Shown: piece after piece, positions 9,003-18,890 of the stretch
Layout of the letters: each line of letters starts with the position of its first letter
How positions within the stretch are numbered: the first letter of the stretch is position 1
Origin: a virus
IMG/VR virus record: IMGVR_UViG_3300045988_047070
Length of the DNA: 64,000 nt
Direction: 5' to 3' (one strand)
Notes under the pieces: generated by a model
Seen by the model: only the letters and a program-made list of their open reading frames with translations
What the model was told of the DNA's origin: nothing
Databases searched by the model: none
Program-made: the position numbers and the translations under genes

Positions 9003-12000
9003 CTATGCCTGCATTTTCTTAAATGTATCTGAATCAACTACAACGATCTTACCGTAAAAGGCTAATCTTGCACCGAGACTCGGCCAAGAAAGCGAGGAAG
9101 CATGAGCAGCACGAGCCACGAAGACCCCGCACAGAGAACCATTAGCCGAAAGACCCGACCGTAGAAAGATTCTATTTCCTGTTGGATTAAACCAACTATA
9201 GTCGGAATAGTAAGTGGTTTCAGATCCACCATGTGCTGTAGGAACTACATCACCATATTTGCCTTGAGCTATGGCTTTAGTCCATCCATTATATGCAGCA
9301 GTTGCAGCTGGATTAGGTTCATATCCTACAACTCTGATATTAGTAGCACCAGCAGCTTCTAGTTCTGCTACATCCTTATCTGGGAATGAACCTCCGTCAT
9401 ATACAACGTATTTACCTTTTAAAATGTTTATTCCTTGTACAAACTCCCACTTACTGTAATAGCAGTCTTCAAGTCCTAAGAAGTTAGTTGAGTAATATCC
9501 TGTATCTTCTACAACTGCAGCTTTACCGTCTTTATTACCAAGAGTTATTGTCCCACCAGTCTTACCGTAGTCATATCTCTTAGTACCTCCTGAACAAGGA
9601 ATAGCACTATTACTTGTACTAATGTTAGTAGTCTTATAGTAAGCACAAAACATTCTTGCTATAGTAGCATGAGATCTATAATCACCAATACCCCATAAAG
9701 ATCCATGTGTTTTAGCTGCTGTAACAAACTCAGCCATTGTTTTTGAAGCTGCACTTGTCTGTGAAGCTGTACTTATCAACATACCTTCTATGTTTATCGA
9801 TCCTTCAAATGAAGCTAATAACATTTCAGGTTCTTCAATGTAATTACTATCTATTTGCTGTTCAGATATATAGGTTCTCCAAATGCCAGGGCTTCTCTCT
9901 ATAGTTTTGTGATAGTATTTTGGAAAATAAACCATTCTATTTTGATGGTTGTTCATAATTGTAATGTTTGTACTATCTGGCCATTTAGAACTATCCTCTT
10001 CATTACAATAACTAATTAATGCAGCATCATCACCACTAGGCATAGCAATACATCTCTTGAACTTACTTCTTAATGATTCAATTACATTTCTATTACCACC
10101 TGTTGCACATGTTGTGGATGAATTGTTTTCATCATTTTCATACCAGTATGCTAGAGTATCTTCTAGATTAGAAGTATCTACTAATGTTTTATAATACCAG
10201 GTTCCATTATAAGAACCGAATAATATGGAGCTTTTATTAATTAAATTTACTTGACCTGAACAATATTTTGGTAATCCTGTTGTGTTATCTTTTCCATCAT
10301 TAGCATAAAGATTCAAAACACACCACCCCGAGACAGCAGGAGTAATCTCTCCTTGTAGCAATACATGGGAAGTTTCATCCGTATAATTGTTTATTGCCCA
10401 TTTACATAATGCAATCAAAAAATCCTCTGTCGGATAGCCAACTGTCTCATAATCTGATCTTAATAAACCCTGACTTATTAAATCAGTTATTTTTGGAAAA
10501 TTAATATATAATGCAAGATTACCATTTTTATATCCAGCATGATAACCATCTAGCAAATCAGCATCTAGTCCACTACCTGCACCATCATTACCAGCATGCC
10601 ATACTTTACTACCATTTACAGTTAAATTCTTTGCTTTTACTTCAAGTGCATTTAAATTAGTGGTATTCATACCACTTATTGTCATATTATGGGTGTCTGC
10701 ACCTGAAACACCATACTGTAACCATAACCCACTGGTAGGACTGTCAACGATTCTCCATGCTGTATTTTTATTTGAACTTGATCCCCATATAAAAGTTGAA
10801 TCTTCTGTAGAACCAGTTGTAGAGTTTAATTTTATATTATATTTATTGCCAGATACATGTAAATTAGCATCCGGAGCAGTTGTACCTATACCAACTTTAC
10901 CATCAGATGTTATCCTCATTCTTTCAGTATGAGAAGTAGCAGTTCTAAATAAAATTATGTTTCCGTCTAAACACGAGAAGTAGCCATTAGAGCAAGCACC
11001 AAAACCCAGATAGAAGATATTTTGATCACTTATTGACAGTGTACTAAGATCTTTCCCATTAGTATCTTTTATATATAAAGATCTATTATTGTTCATGTAA
11101 ACATTATCCACGTCACTTATATTACCTCTAACGTTTGCACTACCATCAAATGCTTGTCCCCATATAGTTCTAGCAGTAGCTAACTTAGTAGCAGTTGCAA
11201 TATTATCAGAAGCAGTTAATGCAGCATCAAGTTTAGTCTTATCAGCAGCAGACATTACACCAGCTTTACTAGTAGTAGCTTTATCAATAGTTATTGCACT
11301 ACTATCTGCTGTACCTGTTGTAGGATCTTTCTTTTCCAGAGTAATAGCAACAGCATTAGCATCAGCAGTAGCACCTGTAGCATTAGACACATAACTACCT
11401 AAGTTAGTTACTTTCTTTTTGTCTTCAGCTGTATAGTCTTTAGTAGATAAACCTTTACCTGCTTCCTTCTTTACAAATAACTCATCGGCTTGTGCTTGAC
11501 TATAACCATCAAATGTAAAGTCATAATTCTCACTAGGATCTAACCACATGATCTCTTCCTCAGTAGGTTCAGTATCTGAGATCTTAATATCCTCTGGTAT
11601 AGTTACATTCTTATCTACAGCGTTCAAAAGTACCCTTTTGGTAATGGTTTCAATCTTATTGACTTGTGCACCTGCTTCAATACCTTGTAACTTTGCAAAG
11701 TCTTCTTTAGACATCAAACCATTAGCAGTTAGTGATGCTAATTCAGCAGTACCTCCTAATGCATCCCAACCTTCACTTGTCCATGCATAGTTAGTATCAT
11801 TTTTACGAACATTCCATACATCACCAATAATATTACCTTCAGTAGGTAAATCTTCAATCGTATCTACAGATCCTTTGAAAATATATACAGAAGTAAATTT
11901 ACTGTCTACTTGGGATTTGTTATAGTAATTGTTAGCAAGGTCATCTGCTACTACCTTTATGTTAGCATCAGTTTGATCCTTAGTATAGTACCTAGTATCA

Positions 12001-13922
12001 TGAGTATGAGTAGTTACTTCACCTATTAATACAGCTTCAATGGCTGCTTTACTAAGTTCAGCATCTTTACCGGGTTCTCCTTGAGGTCCTTGGAATCTAC
12101 CCATGTTAACCCATTCTGTACCATTCCAGAAGTATAAGTCTGTACCAACAATATAAGAATCACTAAGTTGTGGATCTACTATAGTATCTAAATCTTCTGG
12201 ACTATCAAGACTACCTTTTAAGATAATACCTGAGGATGGCCAACCTGTGTTTACATATACATCATTAACTTCATCCCAAAGATACCAATAACCATCATCT
12301 CCTACTTTGGGAGGATTGTCTGCATATTCTTTAGCTCTATTTGCTTGAGTATTAGCATTATTAGCAGCAGTAGTTGCATTTGTAGTAGCCTGTTGTGCAG
12401 CTGTTTTAGCCTCATTTACGGCAGTTATAGCATCAGCTGTATTCTTTTCCCTTGCAGCCTCTTGAGTCTCTCTAATCTCCTCATTTGCCTGTCTAGTGGC
12501 TTCATTTGACACTCTTTCCTGTTCTGCTGTATCACGAGCTGTTTCAGCTGCTATTCTAGCATCTTCGTTATCTACACGTTTAGTTTCAGCTGCAACTCTT
12601 CCCTCTTCAGAACTGATTCTCTTTGTTTCTTCCTCAATTCTTTTCTGTTCGTTTGTATTGCGTTCAACTTCAGCAGATGCTCTTAATGTTTCTGCACTAG
12701 CTCTAGAACTTTCAGCAGATATACGATTAGCTTCATTAGTTTTACGAATATCCTCTTCAGACTTTCTAGAGTTCTCTGCAGCAATACGCTCATTCTCAGC
12801 AGTTACCCTTTTAGACTCTTCTGCTTTTCTACTGTCTTCATTGGAGATACGTGTATTTTCATTGCTTACTCTGGTATTCTCAGCGTTAACCCTACCTTGT
12901 TCTGCAGTAACACGTAATGCTTCTGCTTCCTTAACAGCTTGTTCAGTAGCTTCTACTTGAGCTTTAGCATCTAAGGCTTCTGCTGCTGCATCTAATGCAG
13001 GTTGTTTTAATGATTGAACCCATTCTGCTTCAGTACCTACAAAACCATGTTGTACTGCAACTTCATATGCTGACCAACCTTGAATACCTTGCATACCAGA
13101 TAAGTCAACAATAAACTTCCAACCATTCTGAGTCTTTAAGTAAACTTTAGCGTCATCAGGATCTTCTACATTATTAGTATTAATAAGTACATACTCACCT
13201 AACTTTACATCAGCAGTACCCCAATCAGCTTCCATTGCTTCTATTGAAGGATATTCCTTCTTATAAGTGAAAGCATCACCAATAGCAGCTATGCCGGTAT
13301 TAACATATTGTTTAGTTTCATAGTTATAGATCCACCAATCATTATCTACGATCTTTGGTGGATTACTAGCAATCTCTTCAGCTTTATCAGTAGCAGCTAT
13401 TGCATCATCAACTATACCTTCAATTTCTTCTACAGCTTGGTTAGCTTTATCTGCAGCTTCATTTGCTTTATTAGCTGCATCTAGTGCAGCAATAGCTGCA
13501 TCTTCAGATGCTTTGCTTAAACTATCAATCCAATCTTGTTCACTACCTTCGAAACCTAATTTAACTGCAATATCATAAGCACTAAGACCACGAGCTTCTA
13601 TACCTGTATCTACATATACTTTGTTGATAGGATCATAAGTAAACCAATGATCATTCTCTCCTATATATGGAGCCTCTGCAGTAGCTTTTACTCCAGTATC
13701 TCTATTGTCTACCCACCAGTTGCCATTAGAACCAATAAATGGTGGTACATAGTCATCTTTACTTACATCAAAGAGTACAACCCATTTTTCTATATCACGA
13801 TTGTAAACTTTAATTATTCTACCTTTTGAATCTGCTCCCAAGTCAACCCAGTACCCAACCTGATCTGGATTGGGTACGGTTATACTTGCAAACCATTCAT
13901 AATATACATTATTCTTAATCAT
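9003..13922 (-). CDS. tail fibre / receptor-binding protein 2, DGR target
   Basis: 1639 aa. Repeated fibre motifs are present (GLSAYDIAVKLGFEGSEQDWIDSL, GWSAYEVAVQHGFVGTEAEWVQSL, DWWIYNYETKQYVNTGI). It also has 22 RxxxExx heptads, a short collagen-like GPQGEPGKD and a VR 61 nt before the stop. Confidence 0.85.
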   Translation of the reverse strand: MIKNNVYYEWFASITVPNPDQVGYWVDLGADSKGRIIKVYNRDIEKWVVLFDVSKDDYVPPFIGSNGNWWVDNRDTGVKATAEAPYIGENDHWFTYDPINKVYVDTGIEARGLSAYDIAVKLGFEGSEQDWIDSLSKASEDAAIAALDAANKANEAADKANQAVEEIEGIVDDAIAATDKAEEIASNPPKIVDNDWWIYNYETKQYVNTGIAAIGDAFTYKKEYPSIEAMEADWGTADVKLGEYVLINTNNVEDPDDAKVYLKTQNGWKFIVDLSGMQGIQGWSAYEVAVQHGFVGTEAEWVQSLKQPALDAAAEALDAKAQVEATEQAVKEAEALRVTAEQGRVNAENTRVSNENTRISNEDSRKAEESKRVTAENERIAAENSRKSEEDIRKTNEANRISAESSRASAETLRASAEVERNTNEQKRIEEETKRISSEEGRVAAETKRVDNEDARIAAETARDTAEQERVSNEATRQANEEIRETQEAAREKNTADAITAVNEAKTAAQQATTNATTAANNANTQANRAKEYADNPPKVGDDGYWYLWDEVNDVYVNTGWPSSGIILKGSLDSPEDLDTIVDPQLSDSYIVGTDLYFWNGTEWVNMGRFQGPQGEPGKDAELSKAAIEAVLIGEVTTHTHDTRYYTKDQTDANIKVVADDLANNYYNKSQVDSKFTSVYIFKGSVDTIEDLPTEGNIIGDVWNVRKNDTNYAWTSEGWDALGGTAELASLTANGLMSKEDFAKLQGIEAGAQVNKIETITKRVLLNAVDKNVTIPEDIKISDTEPTEEEIMWLDPSENYDFTFDGYSQAQADELFVKKEAGKGLSTKDYTAEDKKKVTNLGSYVSNATGATADANAVAITLEKKDPTTGTADSSAITIDKATTSKAGVMSAADKTKLDAALTASDNIATATKLATARTIWGQAFDGSANVRGNISDVDNVYMNNNRSLYIKDTNGKDLSTLSISDQNIFYLGFGACSNGYFSCLDGNIILFRTATSHTERMRITSDGKVGIGTTAPDANLHVSGNKYNIKLNSTTGSTEDSTFIWGSSSNKNTAWRIVDSPTSGLWLQYGVSGADTHNMTISGMNTTNLNALEVKAKNLTVNGSKVWHAGNDGAGSGLDADLLDGYHAGYKNGNLALYINFPKITDLISQGLLRSDYETVGYPTEDFLIALCKWAINNYTDETSHVLLQGEITPAVSGWCVLNLYANDGKDNTTGLPKYCSGQVNLINKSSILFGSYNGTWYYKTLVDTSNLEDTLAYWYENDENNSSTTCATGGNRNVIESLRSKFKRCIAMPSGDDAALISYCNEEDSSKWPDSTNITIMNNHQNRMVYFPKYYHKTIERSPGIWRTYISEQQIDSNYIEEPEMLLASFEGSINIEGMLISTASQTSAASKTMAEFVTAAKTHGSLWGIGDYRSHATIARMFCAYYKTTNISTSNSAIPCSGGTKRYDYGKTGGTITLGNKDGKAAVVEDTGYYSTNFLGLEDCYYSKWEFVQGINILKGKYVVYDGGSFPDKDVAELEAAGATNIRVVGYEPNPAATAAYNGWTKAIAQGKYGDVVPTAHGGSETTYYSDYSWFNPTGNRIFLRSGLSANGSLCGVFVARAAHASSLSWPSLGARLAFYGKIVVVDSDTFKKMQA
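9068..9167 (-). repeat. DGR variable repeat (VR)
   Basis: Cognate of the TR. Encodes FLRSGLSANGSLCGVFVARAAHASSLSWPSLGAR within the C-terminal domain. Confidence 0.9.
12453..12914 (-). repeat. 21-nt periodic coding repeat (22 heptads RxxxExx)
   Basis: Residues R337 to R491 place Arg at every 7th position (RVNAENT RVSNENT RISNEDS RKAEESK ...). The periodicity creates the antisense shadow ORF 12496-12960. Confidence 0.85.
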
Positions 13923-13923
13923 A

Positions 13924-14319
13924 TTATAATGAGTATGGATTATCTTGTTTTATTTTTTCTACTGCTTCTCTCCATTCTTGATATGCTGCTGCAGCTTTCT
14001 CTTCCTCTCCAAATTCTCTATATTTTACATAAGCCATATACAGTCTATCTGTACTAGTATTATATAAATTCTCTCTATGCTTTCTTATTTCCTCATTGAC
14101 CACAGCTGTATCTTTAGGAATCATATAGAAAGCGTTATATAAATCTAGATTAGGATTTGCTAAATTAAATTCTATTTGTTCACTAGATGGATGCATGTAA
14201 CCTCCTTGAAGTAATCCTTCGTAAGAGTCTACAAACTCACTTTCTTTTAATCCTTTATACCAATCCTCTGGGGCTTCTATCATTCCACTTGAACAAAGTA
14301 AATATATTTTTTCTTCCAT
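13924..14319 (-). CDS. small fibre-associated protein
   Basis: 131 aa, 1-nt intergenic gaps on both sides (no overlap). Occupies the same position after fibre 1 as the small ORFs after fibres 2 and 3. Only weak similarity to them. Confidence 0.5.
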   Translation of the reverse strand: MEEKIYLLCSSGMIEAPEDWYKGLKESEFVDSYEGLLQGGYMHPSSEQIEFNLANPNLDLYNAFYMIPKDTAVVNEEIRKHRENLYNTSTDRLYMAYVKYREFGEEEKAAAAYQEWREAVEKIKQDNPYSL

Positions 14320-14320
14320 A

Positions 14321-17300
14321 TTATTGAGCGTAACCTAAAATTACTAAATCAATTGCATCATCCTTATCACCAACATCATGTCTATTGTTATCTGTGTCCA
14401 CACAAATTATTTTAAATGAACTGGAAGATGTGGAAGTTACTCCAATAGTTCCTCTAAATCCAGCACTATCTGAATAAGGAGAACTAGTTCGTGCTTGTCC
14501 TTGCCACAATACTACATAATTTGTATGACCGATGTTGTGATACACTATATATTCTCCAGTTCCACTTCTATTTATAGAGCTAATTTGACATCCTCCTTGG
14601 GAATAGATTGTTCCTCTTAATCCACTACCGTAATGGCAGATAGTTTTAACACCTGGAATATTCCATCCACTTAATGAACCTACTGATACGTTTCCTGTAA
14701 AAGTAGCAGTAGATGCAGAAATACTCCCTGCTATCGTTGCACTATTTGCAACAAGTCTACCATCTTGATATACTCTAAAAGGAGCCCAGAATCTATTTCC
14801 TTGTGCTGTACCATCATCAAATGGTTTACCTGCCCAAAATCTAACTTGATCAGATCCCGTACCAGTTCCAGTAATACCAGCATTTGCAGTTACTGTACCA
14901 TCTCCTACTGTTAACGTACCACCACCATATATCTTTAATGCTGCTTTATTACTAGGTGTTCCATCTTTTACGGCATCATTACCAAATGACATAATTGGCC
15001 AACCTTTAGTTATGTCAGATTCGTATCTACCGTCTAAGAAAAATCTACCACTACTAGCTGCAATACAATTGTTATAAAAGTCCATACCTGCGATAGTAGC
15101 TTTTTCCGCAAACAATAGCCCAGTAGCTATAGATTCAAAAGATGCTCCAAATGAAGACCAATATGATGTGTTACTTCCTGGGGTTACATTCTTAAAAGAT
15201 GATAAACCTCTTCTTCCATTAGCAACCATATAATAGATGCTACCATATTTAACGACATCTCTTACATCAGGGTTAACTGTCCATGCATAATACTTACTAG
15301 AACTGTATTCTCCACGATAACTTAAAGATGGACCATTCCATCCATCTGAACCAGGTGCTCCAGTATTTCCTTTATCCCCTTTATCTCCTTTATCACCCTT
15401 TTCACCATCTTTACCAGAATGTGGTAATGGATCAGTCCAGTATCCACCTATACTTTCATCATAAGCCATTTTTCCAGCATTTGGATCATAATTACCTGAA
15501 CTAATCCAAGTAGTTTGAGATGAACTGTATTTTGGATCTGGATACCATATATATCCTCCAGAAGTTGCACCACCAGAAGAGGGTCTATATGTAAATGTAG
15601 GTCTACTAGGTTTATTACTAGCACTCGAAGTATTACAGAATATTTGTATAGGACTATTGCCTACATCACCATTTACTCCTGCTTTAGATTTAGTGACAAC
15701 AAAATCAACACTATCTACTACCTTATTACTACTTGCTGGTGATATAAAATCTATCCTCCACATGGCAGAATCAGAAGTCAATGATGTACACTTTATTGTT
15801 TGTGTACTTTGGGTATAAGTTACACTACCAGTACCAGTTTGTAAAGAAGTAGTAAGTTTAAAATCAGTAATATCTTGAGAACCATACTTCAATCTAGCTG
15901 TGGTAGTAGCAGTAGAATAATCTGTTACTACTCCACCTGAATCTGCTGGTACACCAGTATTTTCATTTGTAAGGATACCTCTATATACATTTTCACCATC
16001 ACGAACATTATTAATAGTCATGAAATCTGAAAATTCTGCTCCTGCTCCTGATACCACACATTTAAAACTAATTTCATCTTTTTTTGTACTAGTGAAATAG
16101 ATACCATTGTAACTAACTACTAATGTACTATTTGTTTCATTAGCTAACAATTGCCAATCATATGTACCAGCTATCGCCCAATACCATTTATAAGATGGAT
16201 TAATTATATTAAATGAATCTGCAGTAAGAGTGATTGTGGTGTTTTCTGGAACAGTTTTACCTGTTTTATAGTGGAAGAATTGTTCTCCAGACATATATAC
16301 ATATGCTGCATCTTCTCCATTAAAACCATTTTCACCATTAGCTACTTTATTAACGTACCATGTCTTAACTATAGATACTCCATCTTCTAATGTTACATTT
16401 AAATCTATACTAGCCTGTTTCTGACTTATTGAAGTAAGGGTTACTTTAGAACCAGTTATACTTACAGTAGCTCCACCAGAAGTAGTAGAATATGTTATAC
16501 TTTTAATAGCAATTGGATTAATACCATGATACGCGTAAACATCTGTAGTAATAGTAGACAAATCTACTAATGGTGTAACTCCATCTGCATCGAATGGTAC
16601 TGCAACCGTACCATTGCTTAAGTCAATATAATATGCATCGAGACCTTCTGCACCATTTGATAATTTAGCTAATTGGGTATCATCATAGTAAGTAGTACCA
16701 TCAGAATTTGTAACAGTACAACGAATGCTTAATGTACGGGAATCTGCCGGCATTGCTGTATATGGAAAGTCTATAGAACTTTGTGCAGACAATTTGGTTC
16801 CTTCTGCATTAAGCATCTTCCATTCGTATGTAGGATTTTCCATCCCATATACATTTGCAGTTAAATGAATAGTTCTTGGAGTAGGAGTTCCTGAGAAATC
16901 GGGAGTATCAAATAAAAATAACCGATCGCCTACAATTTCTACCCATTTAGCTTTATCGTCTCCTGACTTACCATCTTCACCTTTTGAAACTTGCTTTTGC
17001 CATTGATCATCATTCTCATTTGGTTCATCTTTAGTACCATTAGGGTCCATACAGATCCATAAACTACCTTTGTGACTTACTTGGTCATAATAATAGTAAG
17101 TGTTGCCAGAAACCCAAATACCTCTGTATACAGGTACTCTAACGATTCCTGTGTCAGAAGTTTGATAAATTGTACCTACAAATTTGGTTTGATCACCACC
17201 AATTACAACTCTTTCTCTTACCACACCATCCTCATCAGCTAGAGAAAAAGTATCAATATTCTTATAGTAAGAGATTCTAGGAGCATTATCACCTTTAGCA

Positions 17301-18583
17301 CTAATAAAAATTGCATTGCGTCTCTCATCCATTTGTAAATTGTAGTCTGGATCAGATTCGTACATATGACCTAATTGTAATATTTCATCATCTGCTTCTG
17401 GCTTACCACTATCTGGCTCGCATACGTCTTTAGACAACGTGATATAATTACTACCAGTAGCATTTACTTTACGCCAATATCTCTTAACATTTTTACCATC
17501 AAATTTTTGGCATATCGCTAAGTCATTAACTATAAATTGATTATACTTAGTACCTTCTTGATCATCAAAGTAGCATTTATAAGAATCCGCTAATTCTTCT
17601 ACTTCGATACATTTCATATCTGCTACAGTAACTAGAATATCACCACCTACAGCTTTAATCTCATTTACTGTAAGTTCATTTATTGTCATATTACCTCTAA
17701 CAAACAGATTGTCTAATTCCATATTCCATTTGGAACCTAATGGATATAAACTAGCTCCAACACCATCCCAACCAGAACGAAATGTGTTTCCTGCTTGTAA
17801 ACCTTGTAACATTGTTATTCTACCATCCGCAGTATCTCCATGCTTATTTAAATAATCTTCTGCAGTCTTTAAAGAAGTATATAAGAAGTTATCTGCTGGA
17901 GGAGTACTTTCTCCATACTTGATTACAGGTAAAGAACCAGAACTGCTAGCTACTGCTTCTACTTGATTTTCAAGTTTAGACAATGCTTGATTTAATGTAT
18001 CAGATGTAGCCAACGGAGATGCATCATTTGCTTTATAATAACCAGATAAAGGAAATATTGTAGCAGTACTTTGGGTGTGATAGCCTGGAGTAGAACCACT
18101 ACCTCCACCATTTGCAATAAGTTCAGATAATGCTGTAATAGTATTCTCAGCTACTGTGAGTCTATTGAGAGCATCCTGTAATTGTTGTAATGTAGATCTA
18201 TTATCAATATCATCTATCCACTCTTGCATAGTACCACCAATCTCTGACATATCGGTGTCATGCTTAGTATCTAAAGTAATGATCTTATTATTCAATACAT
18301 CATAGTAACTAGTAATAGCACTATTAAGATTAGTAGTTACACTAGTATCTCCTTCTACTATCTTATTACTAAGATCTTTATAATTATCATTTACTTTAGT
18401 ATCTAGTATCTCAACATCTTCTTCTACAGCATCTACTCTCTCATTAGTAGCAAATGTACCTGATAGTGATGTAGTAAAACTTCCACTAGTAATATTTTTA
18501 TTACTACCATCTTGTACAAGGGTAATGAGGTCTTGCTCTTGCAGCTTAGTTGTTAGTTCAAATTGTGATATCTTTTTATTCAT
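14321..18583 (-). CDS. tail fibre/spike protein 1 with Ig-like repeats and collagen-like tract
   Basis: 1420 aa. Internally duplicated segments (TIHLTANVYGMENPTYEWK / TITLTADSFNIINPSYKWY) look like Ig-like domains. There is a G-X-Y run GKDGEKGDKGDKGDKGNTGAPGSDG at about nt 15350-15425. Confidence 0.75.
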   Translation of the reverse strand: MNKKISQFELTTKLQEQDLITLVQDGSNKNITSGSFTTSLSGTFATNERVDAVEEDVEILDTKVNDNYKDLSNKIVEGDTSVTTNLNSAITSYYDVLNNKIITLDTKHDTDMSEIGGTMQEWIDDIDNRSTLQQLQDALNRLTVAENTITALSELIANGGGSGSTPGYHTQSTATIFPLSGYYKANDASPLATSDTLNQALSKLENQVEAVASSSGSLPVIKYGESTPPADNFLYTSLKTAEDYLNKHGDTADGRITMLQGLQAGNTFRSGWDGVGASLYPLGSKWNMELDNLFVRGNMTINELTVNEIKAVGGDILVTVADMKCIEVEELADSYKCYFDDQEGTKYNQFIVNDLAICQKFDGKNVKRYWRKVNATGSNYITLSKDVCEPDSGKPEADDEILQLGHMYESDPDYNLQMDERRNAIFISAKGDNAPRISYYKNIDTFSLADEDGVVRERVVIGGDQTKFVGTIYQTSDTGIVRVPVYRGIWVSGNTYYYYDQVSHKGSLWICMDPNGTKDEPNENDDQWQKQVSKGEDGKSGDDKAKWVEIVGDRLFLFDTPDFSGTPTPRTIHLTANVYGMENPTYEWKMLNAEGTKLSAQSSIDFPYTAMPADSRTLSIRCTVTNSDGTTYYDDTQLAKLSNGAEGLDAYYIDLSNGTVAVPFDADGVTPLVDLSTITTDVYAYHGINPIAIKSITYSTTSGGATVSITGSKVTLTSISQKQASIDLNVTLEDGVSIVKTWYVNKVANGENGFNGEDAAYVYMSGEQFFHYKTGKTVPENTTITLTADSFNIINPSYKWYWAIAGTYDWQLLANETNSTLVVSYNGIYFTSTKKDEISFKCVVSGAGAEFSDFMTINNVRDGENVYRGILTNENTGVPADSGGVVTDYSTATTTARLKYGSQDITDFKLTTSLQTGTGSVTYTQSTQTIKCTSLTSDSAMWRIDFISPASSNKVVDSVDFVVTKSKAGVNGDVGNSPIQIFCNTSSASNKPSRPTFTYRPSSGGATSGGYIWYPDPKYSSSQTTWISSGNYDPNAGKMAYDESIGGYWTDPLPHSGKDGEKGDKGDKGDKGNTGAPGSDGWNGPSLSYRGEYSSSKYYAWTVNPDVRDVVKYGSIYYMVANGRRGLSSFKNVTPGSNTSYWSSFGASFESIATGLLFAEKATIAGMDFYNNCIAASSGRFFLDGRYESDITKGWPIMSFGNDAVKDGTPSNKAALKIYGGGTLTVGDGTVTANAGITGTGTGSDQVRFWAGKPFDDGTAQGNRFWAPFRVYQDGRLVANSATIAGSISASTATFTGNVSVGSLSGWNIPGVKTICHYGSGLRGTIYSQGGCQISSINRSGTGEYIVYHNIGHTNYVVLWQGQARTSSPYSDSAGFRGTIGVTSTSSSSFKIICVDTDNNRHDVGDKDDAIDLVILGYAQ

Positions 18584-18584
18584 A

Positions 18585-18890
18585 TTACTCTTGGATTATA
18601 TGTTCTTCAATTTCTGTAAGAATACAATTATTATCAATGTCTTGTATTTCATAGAAATTTATTTGTTTTTTTAAACAGTTAATGTACCCACCAATCTTAA
18701 TCAAATCTTCCTGAGTAAAAGGAAAATCTGGATCATTTTTCTTTAAGTCAGACTCAAGTTGATTATATATAGTTTCTAAATGAGGAATAAGTACTATATT
18801 AGTAACAGATGTATTATCAATATCAACATTCATTTTGGTAGAATCATTAATCTGTTTACCTACCTTATTTACATATTGTGCATGATCCAT
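18585..18890 (-). CDS. hypothetical protein
   Basis: 101-aa ORF, 1-nt gap to the downstream fibre 1 gene. Confidence 0.5.
   Translation of the reverse strand: MDHAQYVNKVGKQINDSTKMNVDIDNTSVTNIVLIPHLETIYNQLESDLKKNDPDFPFTQEDLIKIGGYINCLKKQINFYEIQDIDNNCILTEIEEHIIQE

Noticed and set aside
12496-12960. 154-aa plus-strand ORF (S/A/L-rich).
   Set aside because: It lies exactly antisense to the 21-nt periodic heptad repeat of the fibre gene. It is a low-complexity shadow ORF created by the repeat.
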